From: Syntrophales bacterium
GTDB taxonomy: Bacteria > Desulfobacterota > Syntrophia > Syntrophales > UBA4778
Assembly (NCBI GenBank): GCA_028712885.1
Contig: JAQTPK010000001.1
Location: forward strand, 40,302-104,301
DNA: 64,000 nucleotides
Direction of reading: 5' to 3'
A model generated the notes under the pieces. The model was not told the origin of the DNA and searched no databases. It saw nothing but the letters and a program-made list of their open reading frames with translations. Below are positions 8,399 through 18,188 of the stretch, one piece after another (positions within the stretch are counted from its first letter, which is position 1; every line of letters begins with the position of its first letter). A program made the position numbers and the translations under genes.

Positions 8399-9748
8399 AT
8401 GAAACCGATTCTGATCGTGGACGACGAGCCCTCCATGAGGATGGCCCTGTCGGAATCGCTGGTCTGCTGCGGGTACGAAGTCGACACCGCCTCCGACGGA
8501 ACGGATGCCCTGCGCAAGATCGGCAGAAGCAGATACGAGCTCGTGATCACCGACATGAGAATGCCCGGGGCGAGCGGGATGGAAGTCCTGCGGGGCGTAA
8601 AGAATAACTCGCCGGAAACCAGGGTAATCGTGATCACGGCTTACGGAACGGTCAACACGGCGGTTGAGGCAATGAAAGAAGGGGCCTCTGACTTCATCAT
8701 GAAGCCCTTCTCCCTGGAGGACCTGGAGCTTGTGGTGAAAAACGTCATCACGGGAGTTCAGCCTGAGCCGGAAAGGGAAACCGGCGAGGCGGTCGCCGTC
8801 AAGGAGATAATTACCCGGGACAAGCAGATGCTTTCGCTGCTTGAGACGCTGAAGGCCGTATCCAGGAGCAAATCTACGGTGCTGATCCAGGGCGAGAGCG
8901 GCACAGGCAAAGAGCTCGTGGCGCGTTTCGTCCACCGGCACAGCAACAGGTCCCGTATGCCGTTCGTGGCCATCAATTGCGCGGCGGTCCCCCATAACCT
9001 GCTCGAAAGCGAAATGTTCGGGTACGAGAAAGGGGCTTTCACCGGGGCCGCGCAGCGGCGGGTCGGAAAATTCGAACTGGCCGACGGGGGAACCCTGCTT
9101 CTGGACGAGATAAGCGAAATGGACATCCAGCTTCAGGCCAAGCTCCTGAGAGCAATACAGGAGTCCGAGATTGACCGGCTGGGCGGGAAGGGTCCCGTTG
9201 CCGTGGACGTGCGGATCATTGCCACAACCAATGCGGACCTGAAAAAGGAGATACAGGAAAAGAGATTCCGGGAGGACCTTTATTACAGGCTGAACGTCAT
9301 TCCGGTCAGGATCCCGCCCCTGCGCGAGAGGATAAGCGATGTCGGCCCGCTGGCGGAATTCTTCCTGGATAAACACAGCAGGGTCAACCAGCGGAAGAAA
9401 CCGGCGCTGAAAGAAGAGGTCCTGGAAAGAATGAAGGGATACCACTGGCCGGGCAATGTGCGTGAGCTGGAGAATGCAATCGAGCGCGCCGTGCTCATGT
9501 GCGCGGGCGGTGAGATCAATCCGGACCTGCCGTTTTCGGAAGAGGGCGGACCGCAGCCGGAGGAGACCGGGGGGGGACGGGAAAGCGGCGAAGAAGCCTC
9601 GGCCGCCGGGACTCTGCGGGATATGGAAAAAAGGCTCATCTGCGACACCCTTCGCCAGGTGCAGGGAAACAAGACGCAAGCGTCAAAAATCCTGGGCATC
9701 AGCGTCAGGACAATGCGGAACAAGCTGAATGAGTACAGGATGGAATAA
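8399..9748 (+). CDS. sigma-54-dependent response regulator (REC + AAA+ + HTH; FlrC/FleR-like position)
   Basis: REC motifs ILIVDDE, ITDMRMP and MKPF. GESGTGKE, GAFTGA and a C-terminal HTH. Lies directly upstream of flgB. Confidence 0.9.
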   Translation: MKPILIVDDEPSMRMALSESLVCCGYEVDTASDGTDALRKIGRSRYELVITDMRMPGASGMEVLRGVKNNSPETRVIVITAYGTVNTAVEAMKEGASDFIMKPFSLEDLELVVKNVITGVQPEPERETGEAVAVKEIITRDKQMLSLLETLKAVSRSKSTVLIQGESGTGKELVARFVHRHSNRSRMPFVAINCAAVPHNLLESEMFGYEKGAFTGAAQRRVGKFELADGGTLLLDEISEMDIQLQAKLLRAIQESEIDRLGGKGPVAVDVRIIATTNADLKKEIQEKRFREDLYYRLNVIPVRIPPLRERISDVGPLAEFFLDKHSRVNQRKKPALKEEVLERMKGYHWPGNVRELENAIERAVLMCAGGEINPDLPFSEEGGPQPEETGGGRESGEEASAAGTLRDMEKRLICDTLRQVQGNKTQASKILGISVRTMRNKLNEYRME

Positions 9749-9902
9749 AATAGTTCAGAGTTCAGGGCCGAAACCGGTGCAGACAGGTAAATGCCCGGAA
9801 TAAGTCCATTCTGTGCCGGGATGGGAGGAAAATTTTTCCCGCTTACAAAGAGCAACGGGTTCAATTACCGGTTGGGGAAGGCAAAAGAGGGTTTCCCGGG
9901 CA

Positions 9903-9918
9903 TGGTATATGGATTGCA
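9903..9918 (+). promoter_or_regulatory. sigma-54 promoter, flgB operon
   Basis: TGGTATATGGATTGCA, 68 nt upstream of the flgB ATG. Confidence 0.7.
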
Positions 9919-9929
9919 TGGAAATCTTT

Positions 9930-9980
9930 GGGAAACCGGAAACCAGAACCTGAAACCTGAAACCTGAGACTTGAGACTTA
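9930..9980 (+). repeat. one-armed tandem heptamer array in the flgB leader
   Basis: GGAAACC GGAAACC AGAACC TGAAACC TGAAACC TGAGACT TGAGACT. It fills the space between the sigma-54 promoter and the flgB ATG. Confidence 0.75.
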
Positions 9981-9985
9981 AGATT

Positions 9986-10372
9986 ATGGAAGCCCTGTTC
10001 AATAAGACGTTTCAATTCCTTTCGAAAGTCCTCGACTACCGGTCGGAACGGCACAAGCTGATCACGACCAATGTCGCCAATCTGGAGACGCCCGACTACA
10101 CAGCCAGGGAGCTTGCCTTTCCTGAGGAACTCAGGAGGGCTGCGGGGGGAAGCAGGAAGCTGGCGCTCGCCAAGACGCACGACGGACACCTTCCCGCCGA
10201 TATCATGAAGCCCGGCGCGATCTCGCACAAAATCGTCTCGACGGGAGAGAGGCCGGACATAGACAAGGAAATGATGAATGTCGCGGAAAATAACCTGATG
10301 TTCAATATGACCGTCGAGCTCCTGGCGAGAAAATTCAGGGGACTCAACAATGCTCTGAAGGAGACGAGATAA
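9986..10372 (+). CDS. flgB: flagellar basal-body rod protein FlgB
   Basis: N-terminal rod motif ITTNVANLETPDYTA. First gene of the flgBC-fliE set. An alternative TTG start exists at 9971. Confidence 0.9.
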   Translation: MEALFNKTFQFLSKVLDYRSERHKLITTNVANLETPDYTARELAFPEELRRAAGGSRKLALAKTHDGHLPADIMKPGAISHKIVSTGERPDIDKEMMNVAENNLMFNMTVELLARKFRGLNNALKETR

Positions 10373-10797
10373 TGGATTTCATGGTCAATTTCAGAATCTG
10401 CGCTTCGGGCCTCGCGGCGCAGAGGCACAAGATGAGCATTATTTCCACCAACCTCTCCAACGCCCAGACTACGCGCACGATGGAAGGAGGTCCTTACAAG
10501 AAGAAAATCCTCCTGCTCACGACGACTCCGGTCGAAGGCGCCTTCAAGGAGAAACTGAGGGACGCCCTGCGGGCCGTCAAGGTGCGCGGCGTTGTCGAAG
10601 ACAATCAGGGCATGAAGAGGATTTACGACCCGGGGCATCCTGATGCGGACCCGGCGGGATTTGTCACCATGCCCAACGTCAATGTCGTGACGGAAATGGC
10701 GGACATGATCCTCGCCAACCGCACGTACGAGGCGTGTGTGACGGCCTTCGATTCGGCGAAGAGCATGGCGCTCAAGACCATCGATATCGGAAGATAA
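10372..10797 (+). CDS. flgC: flagellar basal-body rod protein FlgC
   Basis: Motifs ISTNLSNAQTTR and YDPGHPDADPAGFVTMPNVN. TAATG overlap with flgB. Confidence 0.93.
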   Translation: MDFMVNFRICASGLAAQRHKMSIISTNLSNAQTTRTMEGGPYKKKILLLTTTPVEGAFKEKLRDALRAVKVRGVVEDNQGMKRIYDPGHPDADPAGFVTMPNVNVVTEMADMILANRTYEACVTAFDSAKSMALKTIDIGR

Positions 10798-10840
10798 CGC
10801 TTCGAAGCTGATGTGGAAAGGTTATTCAGGGGGAAAGCAA

Positions 10841-11134
10841 ATGAACGATCTTGTTATCCGGGGGGGGGCGCTTCCGGCGCCGCGCCTGGACAAACCTGCG
10901 GCGACGGGAGAGGCAAAAGGCTTCGGAACGATGCTGACCGATGCCATCAAGGAGATAAATCAGCTCCAGATCGACGCGGACCAGGCGATCTCGAAAGTCC
11001 AGATTGACGAGGCGGGGAGCATTCACGAAGCCATGATCGCGCTTGAGAAGGCGGACGTTTCCTTCCGGGCCATAATGCAGGTCCGCAACAAAATTATAGA
11101 AGCTTATCAGGAAATCATGAGGATGCAGGTATAA
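10841..11134 (+). CDS. fliE: flagellar hook-basal body complex protein FliE
   Basis: C-terminal motif EAMIALEKADVSFRAIMQVRNKIIEAYQEIMRMQV. Start set at MNDL, which has a GGGGGAAAG ribosome-binding site. Confidence 0.9.
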   Translation: MNDLVIRGGALPAPRLDKPAATGEAKGFGTMLTDAIKEINQLQIDADQAISKVQIDEAGSIHEAMIALEKADVSFRAIMQVRNKIIEAYQEIMRMQV

Positions 11135-11135
11135 C

Positions 11136-11225
11136 AAGGCAAAGGGCGAAAGGCGAAAGGTAAAAGGTGCCGGCAGCGCTCCGTGTGCCTTTAGTTTTTT
11201 GCCCTCAGCCTTGTGCCCCTTTTCC
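11136..11225. repeat. heptamer-array palindrome (AAAGGCN family), fliE|fliF
   Basis: The left arm AAGGCAA AGGGCGA AAGGCGA AAGGTAA AAGGTGC faces a right arm GTGCCTTTAG..GCCCTCAGCCTTGTGCCCCTTTT. Confidence 0.7.
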
Positions 11226-11239
11226 AGCGGAGTTTTAAT

Positions 11240-12796
11240 ATGGACCCACGTCAGTTCCTGTTGCAGCTCTGGAAGGGTTTCAATACGCTTGCGCCCCAGC
11301 GCAAAATGACCATCCTGGCGGTCACCGCCGCTTCCATCATCGGCATGGGCCTCCTCGTGTTCATGGCCGGGCAACACGATTACAAGGTGCTCTTTTCCAA
11401 TTTGTCTTCGGAGGACGCCGGCAATATCGTCGCGAAGCTCCAGGAGAAAAAGATACCGTACAAGGTCTCTGCATCCGGCGATTCGATCCTGGTGCCCCAG
11501 GAAAAAGTCTCCGAACTGCGGCTCGATCTGGCCGCGTCGGGCCTTCCCCAGGGGGGAGGAGTCGGCTTTGAAATCTTCGATACGAAAAGCCTGGGCGTCA
11601 CTGAGTTCGTGCAGCAGCTCAACTACCAGCGGGCGCTCCAGGGCGAGTTGTCCCGCACCATCAACAGCCTGGACGAGATCCAGCAGAGCCGGGTCCATAT
11701 AGTCATTCCCAAAAAATCCCTCTTCGCCGAAGAGCAGAAGAAGCCCACGGCATCGGTTATTCTCAAAATGAAGCCGGGCAGGAAGCTGAAAGGCCCTCAA
11801 ATCGAGGGTATTGCCCGCCTGGTTTCCAGCAGCGTCGAGGGGCTCAGTCCTTCGGATGTAATGGTAGTGGACAGCACGGGGAAAGTGCTCTCAAAAATCC
11901 AGGATGAATCGAAGATGGCGAGGATGTCGACCTCCCAGATCGAACATCAGCGCAACATCGAGAAAGACATCACGAACCGGCTCCAGACCATGCTGGAGAA
12001 GGTAGTGGGAGAGGGAAATGCCGTCGTGCGGGTGTCGGCGGATCTCGATTTCCGGATCATGGAGAAAACAGAGGAAAGATATGATCCGGAAGCGCCGGTC
12101 GTCCGCAGCACCCAGCGCCAGAGCGAAAAATCTACGACTGCGGCGCCCGCCGCCCCCGCTCCGGCATCCAAGGAGCCGGTCTCCTCCGCAACGGGCATCA
12201 ACGAAAAAACCGACGAAGTCATCAATTACGAAATCAATAAAGTCGTGAACAAGATGGTGATGCCGGTCGGGGAAATCAGGAAGCTCTCGATCGCCGTTCT
12301 GGTCGACGGCACTTATGTGAAGAACGACAAGGGCGTCGAAGAATACCAGCCGAGGTCGAAGAAGGAACTGGCCGATCTCGAAGACCTGGTCAAGAAATCC
12401 GCCGGATTCGATCCCAAGCGGGAGGATCAGGTCGTGGTCAACAATATCCCCTTCAAGAAAGTGGAAGCCGATGCCGATCTCGGCAAGGAAAGCTGGACGG
12501 AATCCGTCTCCGCATTCCTGCCCGTAATAAAATACCTGGTTCTTCTCGCCGTCGCCGTCGCATTCATCATGTTCTTCATGCGGCCGCTTATGCGCATGCT
12601 CCTCGTCAGGGGCCGCACGATTGAATTGCCGCGGGAAGTGCCGGCGGGAGCCGCCGGCGAGATAGAAGGGGCCGCCGTTCCGATGATCGGCGCGAGTGAG
12701 GGCAAGGCGTATCCCGAGGCGGATGTCGTCAAGCAGATGGCCAACACGGACGCGAGGAAATTTGCCGACCTCCTCAGAAACTGGATAAGGGAGTAA
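11240..12796 (+). CDS. fliF: flagellar MS-ring protein FliF
   Basis: Motifs YKVLFSNLSSEDAGNIVAKLQEKKIPY and QQLNYQRALQGELSRTI, plus a C-terminal TM. Start moved from 11213, which lies inside a repeat. Confidence 0.93.
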   Translation: MDPRQFLLQLWKGFNTLAPQRKMTILAVTAASIIGMGLLVFMAGQHDYKVLFSNLSSEDAGNIVAKLQEKKIPYKVSASGDSILVPQEKVSELRLDLAASGLPQGGGVGFEIFDTKSLGVTEFVQQLNYQRALQGELSRTINSLDEIQQSRVHIVIPKKSLFAEEQKKPTASVILKMKPGRKLKGPQIEGIARLVSSSVEGLSPSDVMVVDSTGKVLSKIQDESKMARMSTSQIEHQRNIEKDITNRLQTMLEKVVGEGNAVVRVSADLDFRIMEKTEERYDPEAPVVRSTQRQSEKSTTAAPAAPAPASKEPVSSATGINEKTDEVINYEINKVVNKMVMPVGEIRKLSIAVLVDGTYVKNDKGVEEYQPRSKKELADLEDLVKKSAGFDPKREDQVVVNNIPFKKVEADADLGKESWTESVSAFLPVIKYLVLLAVAVAFIMFFMRPLMRMLLVRGRTIELPREVPAGAAGEIEGAAVPMIGASEGKAYPEADVVKQMANTDARKFADLLRNWIRE

Positions 12797-12798
12797 AA

Positions 12799-13800
12799 AT
12801 GGATTCCCAGGAGAAAGCCGCCATCCTGCTCCTTTCCCTCGACGAAGACGTGGCCGCCCGGGTTATAAAGAATCTGACCGCCGAGGAAGTCGAGATTCTC
12901 GGCCGGTACATGGGGCGCATCGACTCCATGTCCATGGGCGAGGTGAATTCCGTAGCCAGGGAATTCTGCGATCTCGCCCGGACCAAGGGTAACATACTTT
13001 CCGTGACGGATGAATTCACGAAGAACATCTTTATCAAGGCCCTCGGCGAGACGAAGGCGCAGACGGTCCTGAGCATTATCGAAAAGGAGGGCCGCAGTTC
13101 CAGCTATAACCCGATCATAGAAAAACTGAAGGACATCGATCCCCAGATGTTGACCGATTTTACCAAAACCGAGCATCCCCAGACCATCGCGCTGATTCTC
13201 GCCCACCTCGATCCGCAGCAGGCGGCGGAAGTCCTGGAGAGCTTTTCCGTTGAAATGCAGTGCGAGGTCGCCAAGAGAATGGCGACCCTCAAGAGCGTGC
13301 CGAGCGAGCTCGTGGAAGAGATCGCCAGGACGCTCGAAAAGGAGATCACGGTCGGCAAGGTGAGCGGGAAAAAGGCCGGCGGCGCGCTGATGATGGCGGA
13401 GATCCTCAACAGGATGAGCCGCAACAGCGAGGGGACGATCATGCAGGCGCTCGACGAGGCCTTCCCGGGCATTGCCGCCGACATCCGCAGCCAGATGTTC
13501 ACGTTCGAGGACGTCCTGAAACTCGACGACAGGAGCATGCAGGAGCTGCTGAGGGAAGTGAGCACGGAGGATCTGGCCAGGGCTCTCAAGATCGTAGATG
13601 AGGAAGACAGGGGTAAAGTGTTCAGGAACATGTCCAAGCGCGGCGCCGAGATGCTGAAGGAAGATATCGAGCTCATGCCGCCGACGCGCCTCTCCGAGAT
13701 AGAAAAGAGCCAGATGGCGATCATTGAGATCACAAAGAGACTCGAGGCCGAGGGAAAGATATTCCTCGTCAGGAGCGAAGAGGAAGACAAACTTGTATGA
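12799..13800 (+). CDS. fliG: flagellar motor switch protein FliG
   Basis: Motifs EKAAILLLSLDEDVAARV, EHPQTIALILAHLDP and MFTFEDV. Confidence 0.95.
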   Translation: MDSQEKAAILLLSLDEDVAARVIKNLTAEEVEILGRYMGRIDSMSMGEVNSVAREFCDLARTKGNILSVTDEFTKNIFIKALGETKAQTVLSIIEKEGRSSSYNPIIEKLKDIDPQMLTDFTKTEHPQTIALILAHLDPQQAAEVLESFSVEMQCEVAKRMATLKSVPSELVEEIARTLEKEITVGKVSGKKAGGALMMAEILNRMSRNSEGTIMQALDEAFPGIAADIRSQMFTFEDVLKLDDRSMQELLREVSTEDLARALKIVDEEDRGKVFRNMSKRGAEMLKEDIELMPPTRLSEIEKSQMAIIEITKRLEAEGKIFLVRSEEEDKLV

Positions 13801-13950
13801 TAAATCCCAAATCCCAAGCACTAAATCCCAAACAAGCACCAATATCGAAATCCAAATGGTCGACAGTTGGATCGCGAAGCAGTGTTTGGGTATTTGAATT
13901 TAGATTTTCGAAATTGTTTGGGATTTGGAATTTGCAGTTTGGGATTTATT
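13801..13950. repeat. long imperfect palindrome of AAATCCC-type heptamers, fliG|fliH
   Basis: The left arm AAATCCCAAATCCCAAGCACTAAATCCCAAAC.. faces a right arm ..GTTTGGGATTTGGAATTTGCAGTTTGGGATTT. Shares exact blocks with 22205-22440. Confidence 0.8.
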
Positions 13951-13954
13951 ACAC

Positions 13955-14590
13955 ATGCTGATCAAGTCCGAACTGATTCAGATTATCGATACCCGCCAGG
14001 ATTTCGAGCCGGCAGACAGAATCGCCGGGGGAGGGCCGGAGCCTCCCCGCCGGGAAGAACAGAACAAGGCGGAGAGGGAAAGACAGGCAGCCTTGAAGGA
14101 GGCGTACGAAAAAGGATTTGCAGAAGGAGTGAAGGCGGGGATCGAATCCGAGAAAGCAAGATCGGCGTCCGCCGTCGCGGCCTCCTCCACGGCGCTGCGG
14201 GAGCTCGCCACGCTCCGGAAGAAAACCCTGGAACGGGTGGAGCCGGAAATCCTCGACCTGGCGGTTTCCATCGCGGAAAAAATAATTCAACGCGAAGTGA
14301 GCGCCGGCCGGGACGTCTTTGTCGGCGTTCTGAAATCAGCGGTCCGGGACATATTGGACCGGGAAGGGATCAGGATCAAGTTGAACCCCAAGGACTACCA
14401 GTATGTGATGGAAGTCGACCCGAATATCCTGGAAGGGCTCGAGGGGATCAAGAATCCGGAATTCGAATCGGACGCCGGCATCAGGGAAGGGGGCGTGGTT
14501 GTCGAGACGCGTTTCGGAGAGGTCGACGCGCGCATTGAAAAACAGCTCGAAGAAGTCAGGTCCGCCATGCACCACAAGGTGATCCCATGA
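13955..14590 (+). CDS. fliH: flagellar assembly protein FliH
   Basis: FliH-type C-terminal region between fliG and fliI. ATGA overlap with fliI. Start moved out of the repeat; the ORF-track start is 13925. Confidence 0.85.
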   Translation: MLIKSELIQIIDTRQDFEPADRIAGGGPEPPRREEQNKAERERQAALKEAYEKGFAEGVKAGIESEKARSASAVAASSTALRELATLRKKTLERVEPEILDLAVSIAEKIIQREVSAGRDVFVGVLKSAVRDILDREGIRIKLNPKDYQYVMEVDPNILEGLEGIKNPEFESDAGIREGGVVVETRFGEVDARIEKQLEEVRSAMHHKVIP

Positions 14591-15924
14591 GCCATGCCGC
14601 CGGAGTGGAGATAGATTTCCGCAGGTATCACGAGATACTGAGGACCGTCAAGCCGATACGGGTCAGCGGGAAAGTGAGCCAGGTAATAGGCCTCATTGTC
14701 GAGGGGCACGGCCCGGGCGCTTCAATCGGAGAGGCATGCCACATTTATCCGCATGGGGCGGACGGAGTAATCAATGCCGAGGTGGTCGGATTCAAGAGCG
14801 GAAAAATACTTCTCATGCCGCTCGAGTCGGTTCGCGGCATCGGTCCCGGGTGCAGAATAGTCTCCCTGGGGAAGAAGGCGGAAGTCAAAGTCGGCAGGAG
14901 ACTCCTGGGCAGGGTCATCGACGGCCTCGGTAATCCGATCGACAACAGGGGCCCGATAGAGCCGGATACCGAACACCCCATATACGCGGAGCCGATCAAC
15001 CCCCTCGAAAGGGGGCGCATCATCGAACCGATGGATCTCGGCGTCCGGGTCGTCAACTCCGTTCTCACGTTCGGGAAAGGGCAGAGGATGGGCATATTCT
15101 CCGGCTCCGGCGTGGGGAAGAGCGTGCTGCTCGGGATGATGGCGAGGCATACCAAAGCCGACGTGAACGTAATCGGGCTCATCGGCGAGAGGGGTCGCGA
15201 GGTTCGGGAATTCCTGGAAAAAGACCTCGGCGAGGAGGGGCTCTCGCGCTCGGTGGTGGTCGTGGCGACTTCCGATACGCATCCCCTCATCCGCATGCGC
15301 GCTGCTTATGTGGCGACGTCCCTCTCGGAATTTTTTCGGGACATGGGGAAAGACGTTCTGCTCATGATCGATTCGCTCACCCGGTTCGCGATGGCCCAGC
15401 GGGAGGTCGGCCTCTCCGTGGGCGAGCCGCCGACGACGAAAGGCTATACGCCATCCGTGTTCAGCCTGCTCCCCAAGCTGCTCGAGCGGGTGGGGACGCT
15501 GGAGGGCCGGGGCAGCATCACGGGGATATATACGGTTCTGGTGGAAGGAGGAGATTTCGACGAGCCGATTGCGGATGCCGCGAGGTCGATCCTTGACGGC
15601 CATATCTGTCTTACCCGGGACCTTGCCGTCAAGAATCACTATCCGGCCGTCGATGTGCTGGGGAGCATCAGCAGGGTCATGCGCGACGTCGTCGATGAAG
15701 AGCACATCAGAAAGGCCAATGACATTCTGAATATCGTTGCGACCTACCGCAAAGCGGAGGATCTCATCAACATCGGCGCCTATGCGGAAGGGAGCAATCC
15801 GGAAATAGATTACGCCATAAAGATGATAGACCGGGTGAATGCCTTTTTCCGGCAGGATATCGCAGAAAAAGCGGGCTTCGCGGAAAGCAGGCAGGCGATG
15901 TTCGAACTCTTCAAGCAAGAGTAG
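14587..15924 (+). CDS. fliI: flagellum-specific ATPase FliI
   Basis: Walker A GSGVGKSVLLGMM. F1/T3SS-ATPase-like sequence throughout. Confidence 0.96.
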   Translation: MSHAAGVEIDFRRYHEILRTVKPIRVSGKVSQVIGLIVEGHGPGASIGEACHIYPHGADGVINAEVVGFKSGKILLMPLESVRGIGPGCRIVSLGKKAEVKVGRRLLGRVIDGLGNPIDNRGPIEPDTEHPIYAEPINPLERGRIIEPMDLGVRVVNSVLTFGKGQRMGIFSGSGVGKSVLLGMMARHTKADVNVIGLIGERGREVREFLEKDLGEEGLSRSVVVVATSDTHPLIRMRAAYVATSLSEFFRDMGKDVLLMIDSLTRFAMAQREVGLSVGEPPTTKGYTPSVFSLLPKLLERVGTLEGRGSITGIYTVLVEGGDFDEPIADAARSILDGHICLTRDLAVKNHYPAVDVLGSISRVMRDVVDEEHIRKANDILNIVATYRKAEDLINIGAYAEGSNPEIDYAIKMIDRVNAFFRQDIAEKAGFAESRQAMFELFKQE

Positions 15925-16001
15925 TTCCTGGTTTCTCGTTTTAAGTTCAGGCAGCACTGAAACTGAAAACCAGAAACCAGAAACCTAAAAGCAGAAACCG
16001 G
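15925..16001. repeat. heptamer-array hairpin (GAAACC/AGTTCAG family), fliI|fliJ
   Basis: TTCCTGGTTTCTCGTTTTAAGTTCAG, a 6-nt loop, then CTGAAACTGAAAACCAGAAACCAGAAACC plus extra CAGAAAC units. Confidence 0.75.
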
Positions 16002-16005
16002 ATTT

Positions 16006-16470
16006 ATGTTCAAATTCGAGTTCCAGCAGGTACTGGATTTCCGGAAAAACGTGGAGGAAAGGCGCCTGATCGAGCATTCGGACCAGCAGAAAGAGGTGAA
16101 GAAAGAGAGGCTGGCGCTCGCGCAGCTCCGGAAAAAGAAGACGCAGTTGACGGCGCAGTTCCTCCGGATACAGGAAGAGGGGATGCAGGCGTCCGACGCC
16201 GCGCATTATGTTTCCTACATTCAGCATGTCAATGAAAAAGAGCGCCTGCAGCAGGAAGCCGTAGTTAAAGCGGAAGCCGTCCTCGAAGAGAAAAAAGCGG
16301 CGCTGCTCGAAGCAGTGAAAAAGAGGAAGGCCATGGAACGGCTCAGGGAAAAGAGACTGGCCGAACACCGGTCCGCGCAAGCGGCGAAAGAGCGGAGAAA
16401 CTTGGATGAATTCGGAATCAGGAGTTTCCAGAGGAAAACAGGGAATGAGGAAACTGATCATTCTTTGTGA
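16006..16470 (+). CDS. fliJ: flagellar export chaperone-like protein FliJ
   Basis: N-terminus FKFEFQQVLDFRKNVEE followed by a long coiled coil, located after fliI. Confidence 0.85.
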   Translation: MFKFEFQQVLDFRKNVEERRLIEHSDQQKEVKKERLALAQLRKKKTQLTAQFLRIQEEGMQASDAAHYVSYIQHVNEKERLQQEAVVKAEAVLEEKKAALLEAVKKRKAMERLREKRLAEHRSAQAAKERRNLDEFGIRSFQRKTGNEETDHSL

Positions 16471-17044
16471 GATCGCGATAGTCGTTTTTTTTGCGGTCAA
16501 GTTCCTGGCGCTGGGAGGGATCATCAGTAAGGCCGATTCGCCCGCCGGCTTATCGGCCCTTTCCATCGGGCACGCCCTTGCAGAGCCGGCCGTCAATGTC
16601 CTGCGCGGGGGACCCGTTCAGGACGTAGACGAAATTCTGGCTCAGGAAAAGAAACTGCTGGCGGGCCTTACGGAACGGCAGCAGCAGCTGGAAAGCCGGG
16701 AAAACGCGTTGAAGACGGAGGAGAAGCGTCTCGATGCGCTGAAGAAGGAGATCCTCGAAAAAATGGAAAAGCTTCGCGAGCTCGAGGACCGGCTGAAGAC
16801 CAGTCTCGAGGCGGTCAGCGCTGAAGACGACAGGCGCTACAAGGATCTTGCCAAAGTATATGAGGCGACGCCCCCCAATCAGGTCAGCGCAATCCTGGAA
16901 AAAATGGACATAAAAACCGCCGCAGCCATCCTGATGAATATGAACAAAACGAAAGCGGGCCCGGTCTGGGGACATCTGACGCCCGCCAAATCGGTGGAAC
17001 TGGCGAAAGAAATAACGCAGTCGAAACTGGCCAACATGAAGTAA
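16445..17044 (+). CDS. MotE/YlxF/FlbB-like protein (N-terminal TM, coiled coil, MgtE-N-like C-terminus)
   Basis: TM segment LIILCEIAIVVFFAVKF. C-terminal motif PPNQVSAILEKMDIKTAAAILMNM. Occupies the position between fliJ and fliK, as ylxF does in B. subtilis. Confidence 0.7.
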   Translation: MRKLIILCEIAIVVFFAVKFLALGGIISKADSPAGLSALSIGHALAEPAVNVLRGGPVQDVDEILAQEKKLLAGLTERQQQLESRENALKTEEKRLDALKKEILEKMEKLRELEDRLKTSLEAVSAEDDRRYKDLAKVYEATPPNQVSAILEKMDIKTAAAILMNMNKTKAGPVWGHLTPAKSVELAKEITQSKLANMK

Positions 17045-17048
17045 TTTT

Positions 17049-17127
17049 CGTAAAGCGTAAATCGTAAGGCGTAAGGAGGGGACCCTGGGACCCTGACAGC
17101 TTACGCTTTACACCTCACGCCTCACGG
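17049..17127. repeat. heptamer-array palindrome (GTAAGGC family) at convergent gene ends
   Basis: CGTAAAG CGTAAAT CGTAAGG CGTAAGG, a loop containing GGGACCCT twice, then CTTACG CTTTACA CCTCACG CCTCACG. Confidence 0.75.
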
Positions 17128-17230
17128 CTTTGTTCGGGCGGTTCGCATGCCTGCGCCACGAAAACCGAATTTTCGGTCCTGTTTTCTTTATGAAAAGCCG
17201 GCAGGCGCATAATCGCCCTCTCTTCCGGCT

Positions 17231-18181
17231 TCAGATCGTCCGCCGCGTCCGCGGCTTCCCGGAAAAAGGAGGATAAGACTCCCCCCCGTAGGCGTTCATG
17301 ACGGCGGGATGGATATAATATTTCAAGCAGGTGGCCGGACGGTTTACCAGCCGACCGGCGGCCGTTTCCACCGCCTTACTTATCTTCTTTATGGCGTCCC
17401 GCTCCGATAACGGCGGGCCCATCTCGTGGAGCGCCGTTGCGGCGATAACCGTTCCTCCCCAGGTCCGAAAGTCTTTGGCCGTGAAATCACCCCGGGCTAT
17501 CTCGGACAGGTATTCATTGACTTCCGAGGAGTCGACTTCCCGGTGGACGTTCCGGCCGTCATAATATTGAAAGAGCTTCTGCCCGGACAGTTCGCTGAGG
17601 CGCCGGATGATCCGGGCCAGCCGGGGGTCGCGGACGGAAAGGTCGATTTCCTTCCCTCCTTTTCCATGGAAATGAAAATGCATCAGGTCGGTATATACGC
17701 TCAAATGATCTCCCCGAAGCGTGGACAGTCCATAGGAGCGGTTTTTCCGGACGTATTCCTTGCCTCCGATCCGGATCAGGGTCTTGTCCAGCAGGATGAC
17801 GATGACGGCCAGGACCTTGCGGCGCGGTATCCCGCGCGCGCGGGCGTCGGCGGCGGTTTTTCTGCGGATTGCCGGAAGGGAGTTCCCGAACGCGAGAAGC
17901 TGATGAAATTTCCTGTCGGACTGAAGTCTGCGCCATAGCGGATGGTAGATGTACTGCTTTCTGATTTTAGCGTCCCGGCCCGTCGCCTGAAGGTGGGAAT
18001 GGGCATAGGGTGAAATCCAGACGTCGGTCCAGGCGGGGGGGATCGCCAGTTTCCGGATCCTGTCCAGTTCCGCGGCTTCGGTGATAGCCTTCCCGGCCGA
18101 ATCGAGAAAAACCGTTTCGTCTCCTTCCTTCTTCCTGCTGATTCCCGGGATGCTGTTATCAAGACAGTAACTGAGTTGCAT
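17231..18181 (-). CDS. type IB DNA topoisomerase (bacterial/poxvirus-like TopIB)
   Basis: Motifs HFHGKGGKE and FTAKDFRTWGGTV. The C-terminal segment NRPATCLKYYIHP places the catalytic Tyr in its usual context. Confidence 0.85.
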   Translation of the reverse strand: MQLSYCLDNSIPGISRKKEGDETVFLDSAGKAITEAAELDRIRKLAIPPAWTDVWISPYAHSHLQATGRDAKIRKQYIYHPLWRRLQSDRKFHQLLAFGNSLPAIRRKTAADARARGIPRRKVLAVIVILLDKTLIRIGGKEYVRKNRSYGLSTLRGDHLSVYTDLMHFHFHGKGGKEIDLSVRDPRLARIIRRLSELSGQKLFQYYDGRNVHREVDSSEVNEYLSEIARGDFTAKDFRTWGGTVIAATALHEMGPPLSERDAIKKISKAVETAAGRLVNRPATCLKYYIHPAVMNAYGGESYPPFSGKPRTRRTI

Positions 18182-18188
18182 GGATGTA

